DNA of 64,000 nt from Alphaproteobacteria bacterium (GTDB taxonomy: Bacteria > Pseudomonadota > Alphaproteobacteria > UBA828): positions 487,581 through 551,580 of the forward strand of contig CBDCRW010000003.1 of the NCBI GenBank assembly GCA_965221125.1. The letters are read 5' to 3'. The translations under genes were made by a program, and so were the position numbers. The notes beneath the pieces were generated by a model, which was not told the DNA's origin, ran no database searches, and saw nothing but the letters and a program-made list of their open reading frames with translations. Positions 63,580 to 64,000 of this stretch are shown here, one piece after another (positions within the stretch are counted from its first letter, which is position 1; each line of letters begins with the position of its first letter).

Positions 63580-64000
63580 ATGCTGGATCAGTGCCCGCCG
63601 CTGCCGGCCAACTTCGCCCCCACCCGCGACGAGCCGCGCTGGATCGCATCGTTCCGCGACGGCACGCTGGGCGACGAGTCTTCGCTGGAGCTGGGCCTGA
63701 ACCGCCGCTTCGGCCGCAGCTCTCAGACCTGGACCGACGCGGAGTGGCGGCTCTACCGCGGTGCGTACCGCTGGTTCATGGGCGACGTGGACCGGCAGAT
63801 CGGCATCGTCCTGGATGCGCTGCGCGACTCGGGGCTGGAGCGGGACACCGTCGTGATCTTCACCAGCGATCATGGCGACCACGACAGCGAGCATCGCCTG
63901 ACGATGAAGCGGTCGTTCTACGAGGCCGCCGTCCACGTGCCGCTGATCGTGCGCTGGCCCGGCCAGGTGCCGGCCGGCCGCGCCGACGAGACGCACCTGG
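63580..64000 (+). pseudogene. Sulfatase C-terminal fragment fused in frame to the DppB fragment; runs off the window
   Basis: CPPLPANF, VDRQIG.VLDAL, VIFTSDHGD, FYE..HVPLIVRWPG. Confidence 0.8.

Overview
The window has two very different halves. Bases 1 to ~39,600 are an intact, very GC-rich alphaproteobacterial chromosome segment. It carries two convergent sugar ABC transporters with a ribokinase-like kinase and a xylose-isomerase-fold enzyme, a broken FadR regulator, and GMC oxidoreductase/enolase-superfamily genes. It also has an amidase-GST block, the eno-ftsB-pdhABC-lpdA-lipA-ratA cluster, recO-parC with a low-GC DUF4238-like passenger gene, and an F420 cluster (cofE, cofD, one LLM and two PPOX/FDOR enzymes). 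The F420 cluster is bracketed by two inverted copies of a 148-bp structured repeat that carries a GANTC site and supplies start and stop codons to the neighbouring genes. From ~39,600 to the end the sequence is a mosaic of intact genes and fragments. Intact genes include Uma2, an aldo/keto reductase, a DDN nitroreductase, a phytanoyl-CoA dioxygenase, a sulfatase, an FGE-BNR fusion, a beta-propeller protein and an alpha/beta hydrolase. Fragments include peptide ABC parts, GH78, IS66, IS91 and AAA/PD-(D/E)XK pieces, some joined in frame. This half also holds tRNA-Ser(CGA), four toxin-antitoxin pairs (three with only the toxin broken) and a duplicated dppC-[variable gene]-ddn unit. It may reflect real genome erosion or joined or mis-assembled contigs; the sequence alone cannot decide. 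All calls come from motif recognition by eye, no searches were run, and fragment boundaries are approximate.
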